A stretch of 64,000 nt of DNA. Origin: Macrostomum lignano (lineage: Eukaryota). Each line of letters opens with the position of its first letter. The first letter of the stretch is position 1. Below the pieces are notes generated by a model. The model did not search any database. It was given only the letters and a program-made list of their open reading frames with translations, and was not told the DNA's origin. The stretch lies in NCBI GenBank assembly GCA_002269645.1, contig NIVC01001808.1, forward strand, positions 62,001-126,000. Direction: 5' to 3'. The translations under genes and the position numbers were made by a program. Positions 1 to 12,580 of the stretch are shown here, one piece after another.

Positions 1-358
1 TCCTTAGTTGCAGGGCCAGGCTCCCAGATCCCCTGTTGCTGGGCCAGTCTCCCAGATCCCCAGTTGCTGGGCCAGCCTCCCAGATCCCCAGTTGCTGGGC
101 CAGCCTCCCAGATCCCCAGTTGCTGGGCCAGCCTCCCAGATCCCGAGTTGCTGGGCCAGCCTCCCAGATCCTCAGTTGCTAGGCCAGCCTCCCAGATCCC
201 CTGTTGCTGGGCCAGCCTCCCAGATCCCCAGTTGCTGGGCCAGCCTCCCAGATCCCCAGTTGCTGGGCCAGCCTCCCAGATCCCCAGTTGCTGGGCCAGC
301 CTCCCAGATCCCCAGTTGCTGGGCCAGCCTCCCAGATCCCCAGTTGCTGGGCCAGCCA
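1..358. repeat. 28-bp minisatellite (intronic)
   Basis: Unit CCCAGATCCCCAGTTGCTGGGCCAGCCT. Confidence 0.95.
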
Positions 359-411
359 GTTAGATTCAGTAACAGTAATCTAACTGTAACAGTAACAGTT
401 AGATTCTCCAG

Positions 412-3271
412 CTTATGTGCAGCCGTTGACCCTCTTTGCCGCAGACCTGGTGCTCCAAGGCGAGAACCTGCTGTTAAACACTGAGTCAGCCAGCCTGCTC
501 AAATCACTCAAACAGTCGATCAAGTCCAGCTCCATGCGTTGGCGGGAATTCCTCGTGCCCTGGGATCGTCGAGGCGTTGTGCCCGAAGGTGTCGAGCAGC
601 ACCAGCGCTACCTGGCGAATCTCTCCCGTTGCCTGGTGTCAGATGTATCCAGGATGATTGACCAGACCATAGCCGCTGGCGGCCTGCACCATCATCAGCA
701 GCAGCAGCTGGCTCCCATGCTGGCTCTTCAGGACGAGTTGGGCCATCACGCCGCGTTCTGTCGGGATCGGCTGCGCCAGTTCTGCGGCCGAGAAACGGAG
801 CTGAATTCTATTAAGGAGTGCTGGCTAAATGGCGGGAATGCCAATCAGACTGTGGTTGTGTGGGCGCCTAGCGGGCACGGTAAAACCGCACTGGTAAGTA
901 AAATATTCTAACTGAATGTACTTTTAAAATGATCAATAATGTACTTAAAAAAAGGACTCCCGATCGACAATACCTTGCTGTGTCTGCTGATGCACTGAAA
1001 CAAATTTTTCAGCCAATGAAATCTAATTGGCTAAGAAGGGGTTCCTTCAAAATGCTTCTAAAAATAGCAACCACTCACAATTGAATCTTTCAGGGGTCCC
1101 GAGTAAAGTACCTTGCGTGTTTCTAAAAATAGCAACCACTAAAACAAACCCTTCAGCGAATGAAATCTGATTGGCTGAGACTGGGGTTCTCTAAATGCTT
1201 CTAAAAATAGCAACCACTCAATATTAAATCTTCCAGGTGTCTCGAGTAGCGCAAGTCGCACCCGAATGGTTTGGCCGAGACTGCGTAGTGGCTCTGCGCT
1301 ACGTTGGCACTTCGCCAGCCAGCACGGACAGTCTGGGCGTGTTGTCCAGCCTGTGCCGCCAAATCTGCCTGGCTTATCGACTAAAATGGCGCGAAGATAA
1401 GGCGCCTAGGACTGCTGGCGCCGCAAAAGAGATGCTGCATCGGCTAATTATTACGGTTGCTAGAGATGGTGAGTTCTCACTTTTTAATTTGTTGGATTCG
1501 TTTTTAGTCTTAGCTTCTTCATTAAGGTAGTTGGCGCCAAAGAATTTACTGATATTACTGGCGCTAACAGAATTGTAGAGGCGCTTACAGAAGTTTAGTG
1601 GCGCTTATTACTCAAGACTAGGGGCGCTTATTATTAAAGTCCTTTGCTTTATTGGCACCCACTTAGATCAGAGTTAAAAATTAGGTGTTGGTAGATTATA
1701 ATTCAAAGCTCAAAAGTCTTATTTCTACTACTTGTAACAGTAGTAGCTCGTAGTTAACTAAGTACTGTACTTTGCAACAGGAAAAGATTGCCAAACGCTT
1801 ACCACACCAATGCTAAAGTGACACATCGACACTTTCCCTCAATTTCTCTATCCATTTCACTTGGAATTTTTGTGCGCACCAGTATACATGTTTGCAGATA
1901 AGGAAGGCATTGCAATTGACTCGATTAGTCAGCTATATATATATACTTTTGCATATTTATATTACACCAGTCAATGCTAAATACACTTTAATGACTCATT
2001 TGAATTTTGAAGCACACAAAATTGCCAACTAATTCGATAACCTAAATTGAGATCTACGTTTCCAGTCGCAATACGCCATTTCCTAATACCCTAATCCATG
2101 GAATCCCGATCTCTGGAATCCTAGTCCCAAGAACCCAATCTCGGAAATCCCAGTCTTAATAACCCCAATATAAGAAATCTCAGTTCTAGCAATCCCAGTC
2201 CCATTAATCATGATCCCAAATCTCAATAACAGGAATCCCAATGCAAGGAATCCCAACGCCACGATTCCTAATCTCAAGAATCCAAATAACAGGAATCCCA
2301 ATACCAGGCATCCCAATAATAGGAATCCCAATACCAAAAATCATAATACCAGGCATCCCAATACCAGGAATCCCAATACCAGGCATCCCAATAACAGGAA
2401 TCCCAATACCAGAAATCCCAATACCAGGTATCCCAATAACAGGAATCCCAATACCAGAAATCCCAATACCAGGTATCCTAATAACAGGAATCCCAATACC
2501 AGAAATCCCAATCCCAGTGATCCCAATAACAGGAATCTCGATCCTTAATAATCCCAATAACAGGAATCATAATCCTAATAACAGGTATCCTAATCCTATT
2601 AATCCCAATAAAAGGAATTCCAATAACAGGAATCCCATTAACAGGAATCCCATTAACAGCAATCCCAATGCCAAGATTCCTAATCCCAGCAATTCCAGTC
2701 ACATAAATCTCAATGCCAGGAATCTGCATTTTATCCACATCGATAAATTTGCATTTTCCAAGCCTTCTCATGCTAACTTAAGCCACTTATCTCTACTCAA
2801 AAATTGCAGCAAGCCGCCCGCCACTGCTGCTGCTGCTGGACAGCCTGGACCAGGCCCGCGACCCCATGGCCGCCTGCAGCTGGCTGCCAAACCGCCTGCC
2901 CGCCAACGCTCGCGCTCTGCTCTCCGTGTTGCCCGGCCGGCTGCTCGACAGGCTTCGAGCCGGCGCCCACGGCAGCGGCAGGCAGCAGGCGCAGCATCAG
3001 CCGAAGGCCTCCTCCTCACAGAGCTGCTTTGTCCAATTAGAGCCGATGGACTCCGGCTTAGCTGGCTCCATCGCCGAGGTGCACCTGGCGGCTCGGGGTA
3101 GGCGGGTGACGCCGCGCCAGATGGCCGCCCTGCTGGCCGACGGCCGGGAGAGCGCCTTGGCGCTGCGGCTCAGCCTGGACCGCGCCTGCCGGTGGGCCTC
3201 CTACGATGAGGTCAACTCGGAGAATGAGGGTGCGCGACTTTTGTGTTTTGTCGTCTGTCTGTCTGTCTGCC

Positions 3272-3316
<45 letters not shown>

Positions 3317-3417
3317 GCGTCTGTCTGTCTGTCTGTGTCTGTCTATCCGTCTGTCTGTCTGTCTGTCTGTCTGTCTGTGTCTGTCTATCCGTCTGTCTGT
3401 CTGCCTGCCTGCCTGCC

Positions 3418-3466
<49 letters not shown>

Positions 3467-3888
3467 GCGTCTGTCTGTCTGTCTGTGTCTGTCTATCCGT
3501 CTGTCTGTCTGTCTGTCTTTCTGTCTGTCTGTCTGCGTCTGTCTATCCGTCTGTCTGTCTGCCTGTCTGTCTGTCTGTCTGTCTGTCTGTCCATACATGC
3601 GCAACCTCCAAAATTCGGTCGGCCATGCGACTTAGTTTTAACAAAAATGCGACATAGTTTTTGGCCAAAAATGTGACTTACATGTAAAAAACCCTAAAGC
3701 AAAATTAACGCAACTTTGGGTAAACGGCAGGAGTAACTATGACTGTCTTATTAGGTCAAAATGCCTCGTCAGCTACTTAGTACTACTACTTTAGTATCTA
3801 TTTGGGTGGGCATTTTTGCGACCTCCTTGGTTGGCCGTCAAATCGGTCGGCCGGATCGGCCGACTCGGCCGACTGTTGCGCATGTATG

Positions 3889-3928
<40 letters not shown>

Positions 3929-6900
3929 CTTCCGTCCGTCCGTCCGTGTTAACCTGTTTGTTTTGCTTTTTCAGCGCCTGTCTGCCAGTCTTTTCTGTTT
4001 CTGAGCCAAGCCTATTTGGATATTCAAACCACTCACTCTTGCCAATTAACTAGGCGGCCAGAAGCATGGCGGTGCCCTGGCCCTAATAGGCGCCCTATTC
4101 GATGCCCTGGAGGATCGCTACGGCCAGCTGATGGTCCGCCTGACTCTCGGCTTCATCACTGTTGGTGTCAACGGCCTGAGCGAGCTGGAGCTGGAGGACG
4201 CGCTGTCCTGCCAGGACGACCTGCTGAACGAGCTCTATCGCTATCACGATCCGCCGATCAAAGGCGTCGTCCGCGTGCCGCCGCTGCTCTGGTCGCGAAT
4301 GCAGCAGGATATTGGCGACTTTGTGGTGACCCGCATCACGGATGGCAAGGCCACGCTTATGTGGTACCACCGGCTGTTTAGGGAGGCTGCGGAGCGCAGG
4401 TGAGACCCGGCCGATCTCTCATTTGTTTCTGGGAAAACTCAATTCTCACCCCATTCTGAGTTCTCATTGTTTGAGAGATCTCAATAATTCTCACCCCATT
4501 CTGAGTTCCCATGGTTTGAGAGATCTCAATAATTCTCAACCCATTCTGAGTTCTCATTGTTTGAGAGATCTCAATAATTCTCAACCCATTCTGAGTTCTC
4601 ATTGTTTGAGAGATCTCAATAATTCTCAACCCATTCTGAGTTTCCAGGGTTTGAGAGATCTCAATAATTCTCAACCCATTCTGAGTTCTCAGGGTTTGAG
4701 AAATCTCAATTCTCAACCCATTCTGAGTTCTCAGGGTTTGAGAAATCTCAATTCTCAACCCATTCTGAGTTCTCAGGGTTTGAGAGATCTCAATTCTCAA
4801 CCCATTCTGAGTTCTCAGGGTTTGAGAGATTTTAATCATCAACCCATTCTGAGTTCTCAGGGTTTGAGAGATTTTAATCATCAACCCATTCTGAGTTCTC
4901 AGGGTTTGAGAGATTTTAATCATCAACCCATTCTGAGTTCTCGGGGTTTGAGAGATTTTAATCCTCAACCCATTCTGAGTTCTCAGGGTTTGAGAGATCT
5001 CAATTCTGAACCCATTATTAGCAGCAGCCTGTATGAGCTCATTCACCTTTAATAACACCTGACTTCTCAACTCATCCGGTGCTCAGATACGCCCCGCCTG
5101 AGGCGCAGCGCGACCTGCACCAGCGCCTGTCGCAGATCTACACCAGCGAGGGCCCGATTCGTCGCACCATCCGATTTGCCAACGTCAAGCGCAGTCTCGT
5201 AGTGCCCGACGCTGACCGGCTGGTGTCCTGGGCGCCGCTGTCTCCCAAGCAGCCAAGGAAACTGCGCTGTTTATTTCGTCACCTACTCGAAGCCGGCATG
5301 TGGGACCAGTTGATTGACAGCTGCGCCGCCAGCTTGCGCTACCTGCAGGCCGCTATTGACGCTTTTGGCTGCGCCGAGCTGCTCGCCCAGCTGGACGACG
5401 CGCTTCGCCGAGCGGACACTCAGGTTTGGCTTAGCAACACGATTTTCCTTGCCGTTATGTTGTGAGGCATCGCGGAACTATTTTTTGACTGGGGGCAAGA
5501 ATGTCACTGACCGTAATATTTTTTGGCGCCGCAGGTGAGGTTTTAGCGCCATTTAAGTGTCGTAGGTGAGGTTTGAGCGCCATTTAAGCGTCGCAGGTGA
5601 GGTTTTAGCGCCATTTAAGCGCCGCAGGTGAGGTTTTAGCGCCATTTAAGCGTTGTAGGTGAGGTTTGAGCGCCATTTAAGTGTCGTAGGTGAGGTTTGA
5701 GCGCCATTTAAGCGCCGCAGGTGAGGTTTTAGCGCCATTTAAGTGTCGTAGGTGAGGTTTGAGCGCCATTTAAGTGTCGTAGGTGAGGTTTGAGCGCCAT
5801 TTAAGCGCCGCAGGTGAGGTTTTAGCGCCATTTAAGCGCCGCAGGTGAGGTTTTAGCGCCATTTAAGCGTCGCAGGTGAGGTTTGAGCGCCATTTAAGTG
5901 TCGTAGGTGAGGTTTTAGCGCCATTCAAGTGTCGTAGGTGAGGTTTGAGCGCCATTTAAGCGCCGCAGGTGAGGTTTGAGCGCCATTTAAGTGTCGTAGG
6001 TGAGGTTTGAGCGCCATTTAAGCGCCGCAGGTGAGGTTTTAGCGCCATTTAAGCGCCGCAGGTGAGGTTTTAGCGCCATTTAAGCGTCGCAGGCAGTTTA
6101 AAAAATCGATTCGGAGTCGTAGGCATTGATTTATTAAACAATCTGTTGCTTCCTAAATTCGTTAATGTGTCTTCGATGTCGGATGTTGCAAATTTTTCTC
6201 GAAGCGAGATAACGAGGCATATTAGATTTAGAAGACAGACATAGTTTCTCCTGCTGATTACCTATATCGATTTACTCGTGCACTTAAATCGCTTCCCCTT
6301 CACCACCCACGCCAGCTGTCGCCAACCTCTGAGCTGCCGTTCGCTCTGCGCGCGGTGCACGACTGCGTCAGCTTCGCCCGCAACTGGCTGGACCCCGGCG
6401 ACGACCGGACCGCCCTTCCCGTCCAACTGCTCGGCCAGCTGCGCGGCCTGGACGGTTGGCGGCCGTTGCAGTCGCTTTGTCGACAGTGCGTCGACTATCT
6501 GATAGGAGGCTCCTCATACGCCGCCGCTGAAGCTCCCCGCCTCCTGCCGGCCATGGCCTGCTTCCCTACCTGCCTGGCTGATCTCAAGTGGAGCCTACAG
6601 TCAGTTGCGGCCGTGTGGACCCGGCCCTGGGACTCCAGCCGCTTAGCTGTGCTAATTAGCAATTCTTCAGCATCTTCGTCCTCGTCTGCCACTGCCGGCG
6701 CCGCCAATCAGCTGCGATTGTACAGCGCCGACACCTTGGCCGCTGTGTGCTCGGTCAGGCTGGAGTCCACGCCGCTGGATGTTGCTATGTGCCCGCATGC
6801 GGCCCTGCTGGCAGTGCTGGATCAGCGCTACGTCCGACTGTACGATTGGGACACCGGCCAGGTGTTGTGCAAGCACGGCGTTAATATTAATAATAAATTG

Positions 6901-8153
6901 CCATTGAATCGGGCTTTGGCCGTTTCTAGGCAAGGTCAGTGCCTTGTTATATTGTGAGCTTCAGTCGTGGAAAGAATTCTATTCTTTCCTCCAAGAATTC
7001 AGCTGATTAACTAAATCTACACTAACCTTTCTGACCCATTAGTTTTACTGGGATTTCTTCCTTTTGTATCCATCCCCTGAGCCCACCGTCTGGTTGCTAT
7101 GCCCTCCAGGCCGGTTTCTATGCCCTCCAGGCCAGTTGCTATGCCCTCCAGGCCGGTTGCTATGCCCTCCAGGCCTGTTGCTATGCCCTCCAGTCCTGTT
7201 GCTATGCCCTTCAGGCATGTTGCTATGTCCTCCAGGCCGGTTGCTATGCCCTCCAGGCCTGTTGCTATGCCCTCCAGGCCAGTTGCTATGCCCTTCAAGC
7301 TGGTTGCTATGCCCTCCAGGCCTGTTGCTATGCCCTCCAGGCCAGTTGCTATGCCCTTCAGGCATGTTGCTATGCCCTCCAAGCCGGTTGCTATGCCCTC
7401 CAGGCCTGTTGCTATGCCCTCCAGGCCGGTTGCTATACCCTTCAGGCATGTTGCTATGCTCTCCAGGACAGTGGCTATGCCCTCCAGGCCAGTTGCTATG
7501 CCCTTCAAGCTGGTTGCTACGTCATCCACTGATCCTTCGGGCTGGTTGCTATGCCATCCCTTAAGTTTTTGAAACTAATCCCTTGCCTGTCAATGCCTGC
7601 TCAGTTCAAGCCTGTCATCTCACATTATCGCACCGTGAGTCTATTGTTATTCCTCATCCCCCCGCTGCAGCCAACTGGCTGGCCATAGCGGCCGAGGATC
7701 GAATCGCACTGCTGGTGAACTCGGCTTACAGCGCCGGCAAATTGAAGATGCCAGCCAATCAGAAGAAGTCGGAGCCGGCCAGCAGTTTCAGCGTCCATCA
7801 CAAGCAGCTGCTCATTGCCAAAGGCGTGGAGTCCACCTTTCAGCTGGCCTTTCCGGATACGGAGACCGAGAACCTCCTGGTTTCGCTGCACCACGTCGGA
7901 CTGCACCAGAAGCATGCCGCTGTTAAATGCTGGAAACACGACGAGAAACTGTTGCTATGGACTCGCGAATTTGAATTACCGTCTGCGCAGCAGCAAGCTC
8001 CATTACCCGGCTTTGCCTGCCATCCGTCTGTGGAAGATCTGCTTGTGCTGGTGCTGTCCGACTGTAGAGTCCTGCAGATAGAGATTACCTCTGGCCAGGT
8101 GAGCTCTTGTGTGCCTGTCTGTCTGTCTGTGTCTGTCTGTCTGCCTGCCTGCC

Positions 8154-8242
<89 letters not shown>

Positions 8243-8281
8243 GCCTGTCTGTCTGCCTGCCTGCCTGTCTGCCTGCCTGCC

Positions 8282-8318
<37 letters not shown>

Positions 8319-11249
8319 GACTGTCTGTCTGTCTGTCTGTCTCTATCTGTCTGTCGGTCGGTCGGTCAGTCTGAATGTCTGAGGTTCAATATTCTGGATG
8401 GCGCAGCTCTTTTCCGGCGCAGCTGATATGATTCATGCTCCATTCTCCCCCAGAAGGCAATAGCTGGCTAAGTGTCTGTTTAGCCGCATGCTAATTGAAG
8501 CATAGCGCCCACTCGCCTGCCCATGCAGGTGCTGCAAGAGTCCTCCCTCGTGGACGGCGCCACCATTGACCGGCCAGTGCTGAGCAGCTTCCAGTTCAGC
8601 GACGACGAATCCGTGCAGGCCGCAGTCCGCCTCGGGCCGCAGTCGCTTGTTGTCCGCCTGTCTGTCGACGGGAATCATTCGCGTCAATCCGTTGCCTTGA
8701 CAACCGCACCTCCGGTTGCTCAGCCGCCTGACGATGTCCAGCAGCAGCAGTTGGCGCCGCATCAGCACGTGACCGTGGGCCATCTGTCGCCTGGCGGCCA
8801 GCTTGTCGTCTGCGGCTCTCACGGCGGCCTCCTGGCGGCCAACAGCATCGGACTGCTGGATCTGGACCAACCGCCTTGGCAGCAAGCCGGAGCGGTGCAC
8901 GCTCACAGCGCCTCTATCGATTTCCTATTGCACACCGGCTGTGGCGACTCGTGCGGAGATAATCACGGTGGCGATGGCGCTGAAGGAGGCAGCGGCGGCG
9001 GCTTCTTGACATTCAGCCGGAAGCAACAGTGCTTGCGAGCTTGGCAGCCGGGAGAAGCGCAGGCGTTGAGCCAGGCCGACTATAGGTAACAGTTAGCCGA
9101 TATGTATAGAAAACAGCTTTCTTAATAATGGTATAATTTCACACAGTTTAGCAATCAAAAATTGTTCATTTGATCCGATATGTATCGAAATATTCAGGTT
9201 TGTATACATTGCGGGTGTGGATAGTTCCAAAGGATATTCAATCGTTACATGTCGGTATATTCAATAATGAGCCGATATCTATCGGAAATCATTGATTTCG
9301 TGTTCCAGACGCCTGCTACCGTGCGTGCACGCCACAGCTTACTGCTTGGACTCGGAGCGGCGCCGGGTTCTCCTGTGCACCGGCGCCTGTCTCACTTTGC
9401 TGCCGCTGAGCCCAGGCCAGTCCGATCCGCAGGCCGGCGTGACTCGGCCTGAGCTGCTCCGTCTGACTGCAGCCTCGGATGACCCTACGTCATCGTCTGG
9501 AGGCGCCGACGATGAGCCGCCCGGCGATGGTCCTAAGTTCGACTCTGTCGACAGGCTGCGGCTGCTGCAGGCCGACCAGTACGCCGTGATGTCGGATGCT
9601 GAGTGGCTCTACGTATTGGAGATGGACAGCAAGCGGCTGGTGCAGCGGGTGGCTAAGCCGTTGCTGTGGGAGAAATTTCCCACAGATTCGGATCAAGCGG
9701 AAGCTATTGTGGCCGTTTTCAAGAAGCAGGTCTGCGCTGGTTCACTTTTGGGATCAAGTTTTTGAGGATCTTTGCGAGTTTAGGGATTTTTAAGTAGGGT
9801 TCTCGTGTTTCGGAATCCCGATTGTGGGGTTCTCATGTTTGGGGGTCATAGTTGTGGGGTTCTCATGTTTGGAGGTCATAGTTGTGGGGTTCTCATGTTT
9901 GGGGGTCATAGTTGTGGAGTTCTCATGCTTGGGGATCATAGTTGTGGGGTTCTCATGTTTGGGGGTCCCGTTTGTAGGATTCTCATGTTTGGGATTTCTG
10001 GTTGTGGGATTCTCACGTTTGGGATCACAGTTGTGGCCGGTGGGATTCTCATGTTTGGGAGTCCTGGTTGTGGGGTTCTCATGTTTTGGAATTTCGGTTG
10101 CGGGGTTCTCATGTTTCGGAGTTCCGGTTATAGGGTTCTTATATTTGGGAATTCCGGCTGTGGGGTTTTTTTACGCAATTATGATTCTGGTATTCATAAA
10201 AAGTGGGACGTCACATTCTTACTATTTGACCGTTCGGTGGCAAACAACAGCTAGTATGGTCACGTGAAAGACCATTTATTTAACGGTCACATCACGGTCA
10301 CATTTGACAGTCACAGTGTGACATTTTCGGCGGTCACCAAAAAACTTCCACTTATACTGGATGTACAATATTTACATATAATAGAGTTGATATTTAATTA
10401 TCACAGCATTATAAAGATTTCACACTTGCCCTCCTTTGGCCAGGTGAAGTCGGACAAATACCTGCAAGTGTCTCTACTCTCGGTGCCAAATCTGACTCCA
10501 ATGCGAACAAAGACATGCCTGCCGCCGTTGATCGGCGGCGGCGGCGGTCAGCGGCGCTGGCAGCTCACCGGCCTGAGAACCAGCGACAGCGGAGACACCT
10601 GCGTACTGGAGTACACGGTTGGCGGCACAGCCGGCGTCTCCGCCGACGCTAGCGAAAGCTCACCGGCGGCGTCGGCCACCAAGCACCTGTTCGCCGTGAA
10701 TTTCGCCTCGCCCGGCACCGAGCTGGTGGCCTGCGTTGCCTCGGACGCCGCCGCCGCAGGCGGATTGGGCGGCAGGCGCCGGACTGTGGCCAGCCTGGAC
10801 TCGAATCTGCCCGTGTACTCGCTGACCCATTGGAGTCGCGAGGCATTCCTAGTTGGCAGCGTCGGCGACTGCCAGCTTTGGGACGTCACGGCCGGGGCCT
10901 GTCGGCTGCCCCGGATGCCCTACTTTCACACCTGGCTGAAGCATTCCACGTCGGTTAATGTTAACAGGCGGCAGGCCAAGGATCAGTTGGTGAAGTTTGA
11001 GTTCCTGCCAATTACAGCTATGGCTGTGAATGCAGACAGGACTAAGGTTTGATATTGCTCTGTTGCTTTGGATTGTCTTTAAAATATACGGAGATCCGTG
11101 CCTTCATGTGGTGCGGCTTGTACTAATGGACAGATCACACTATGAAAAATGATAAAGACGCTGACATAAAATAAATTATAAATTTCGATAAAAATAGATT
11201 AGACTTTGAGATGGCGGACAGACGTACAGACAGACAGGCTGGCAGACAT

Positions 11250-11288
<39 letters not shown>

Positions 11289-11362
11289 GGCTGGCTGGCA
11301 GACATACAGACAGACAGACAGGTAAGCAAACAGACAGACATGCTGGCTGGCTGACAGGCAGG

Positions 11363-11424
<62 letters not shown>

Positions 11425-12092
11425 GGCTGACTGGCAGACATACAGACAGACAGACAGGTAGACAAACAAACAGACAGACAGACACGCAGACAAACAGTCC
11501 AGACACGCAGACAGATACCAAAGCAGGCAATACAAATCAAGCACTCAACTTCGAATTCGCCCCATACCGTCAGGTGGCCACAGGCTGCGCCGCCGGGCAC
11601 ACCCTGGTGTGGGACTGGGCCCTCATCCAATCTCTGGGCGGCGCCGAGCCGGACGAACCGACGGCCCGTCGAATTCGCGTTCGAATGCGCGCCCGACACG
11701 ACGGTCAAGTGGCCGCCCTGGCCATCGCCGAGGTGCCCGCCGGCGCCTCAACCGTCAAGTCGAATGCGATCGGCGACGTCGACAACAGCGTCGGTAGCGG
11801 CGGCCTGTTGGCTAGCGCCGGCGGCGAAGACCTGACGGTGGTGCTGCACTGCCTGACCAGCGGCCGCTGCCTGCACCGGGTGACCGTTCACCTGGCGCTG
11901 ACCGAATTAGCCTTCGCCTCCGGCAATTCTCTTATCGGCTTCTCGGCTCCGACCTCCGACAGTGCTGGCGGCAGGCGGCTGATGTACTTTAGCGTGGCCA
12001 ACTGGCTGGTCCCGGACTTTGATGCTGCTGCCTCTGCTGCTGCTACTCCTCGGACTCAACAGCAACAGCAATCAGCAGAGCCAGCGGTTTGA
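412..12092 (+). CDS. NACHT-domain + WD40-like repeat protein (NWD1/NWD2-like STAND NTPase), 5' end outside window, 11 exons
   Basis: Exons 412-893, 1237-1468, 2810-3229, 4054-4399, 5087-5423, 6316-6934, 7605-8098 (alternative acceptor 7611), 8529-9085, 9309-9729, 10444-11046, 11574-12092. All junctions are GT-AG with matching phase, giving ~1675 aa to TGA at 12090-12092. Motifs: P-loop APSGHGKT, '[10 protein letters not shown]', Walker B '[10 protein letters not shown]', '[23 protein letters not shown]...VRVPPLLW.R', then WD-like segments ([25 protein letters not shown]). Confidence 0.9.
2090..2720. repeat. Degenerate ~15-bp minisatellite (intronic)
   Basis: AATCCCAATAACAGG / AATCCCAATACCAGG units. 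Confidence 0.9.
3253..3590. repeat. (CTGT)n microsatellite (intronic)
   Basis: Directly visible; a second short tract lies at ~3885-3948. Confidence 0.95.
4436..5012. repeat. 42/45-bp minisatellite (intronic)
   Basis: Unit TCTCAATTCTCAACCCATTCTGAGTTCTCAGGGTTTGAGAGA. Confidence 0.95.
5525..6092. repeat. 31-bp minisatellite (intronic)
   Basis: Unit GCGCCGCAGGTGAGGTTTTAGCGCCATTTAA. Confidence 0.95.
7093..7556. repeat. 21-bp minisatellite (intronic)
   Basis: Unit GTTGCTATGCCCTCCAGGCCA. Confidence 0.95.
8112..8372. repeat. (CTGT)n microsatellite (intronic)
   Basis: Starts ~13 nt after the donor at 8099. Confidence 0.95.
9820..10165. repeat. 30-bp degenerate minisatellite (intronic)
   Basis: Unit GTTGTGGGGTTCTCATGTTTGGGGGTCATA. 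Confidence 0.9.
11216..11515. repeat. (GACA)n microsatellite (intronic)
   Basis: Directly visible, imperfect. Confidence 0.95.
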
Positions 12093-12224
12093 GCTTCATG
12101 AGTGCTTTCATGCTCAAATGTTGAATTGACTTGGTTGTACGAGCTTAGTATCTGGGGGAGGGGGTTTCTCAGACTATTAGGTCACTTTCTGGCTTTTCTT
12201 ACCGGGGTATGTCCGTGGGTATTT

Positions 12225-12580
12225 ATACTTAGTTGGTGTATCCGTGGGTATTTATACCTAGATGGTGTGTCTGTGGGTATTTATACTTAGATGGTGTATC
12301 TGTGGGTATTTATACTTAGATGGTGTGTCTGTGGGTATTTATACCTAGATGGTGTGTCTGTGGGTATTTATACCTAGATGGTGTGTCTGTGGGTATTTAT
12401 ACCTAGATGGTGTGTCTGTGGGTATTTATACCTAGATGGTGTGTCTGTGGGTATTTATACCTAGATGGTGTGTCTGTGGGTATTTATACCTAGATGGTGT
12501 GTCTGTGGGTATTTATACCTAGATGGTGTGTCTGTGGGTATTTATACCTAGTTGGTGTGTCTGTTGGTATTTATACCTGG
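12225..12580. repeat. 29-bp minisatellite
   Basis: Unit GTGTCTGTGGGTATTTATACCTAGATGGT. Confidence 0.95.

Noticed and set aside
2083-2771. Collagen-like or GIP-repeat ORFs
   Set aside because: Overlapping ORFs on both strands produced by a 15-bp intronic repeat.
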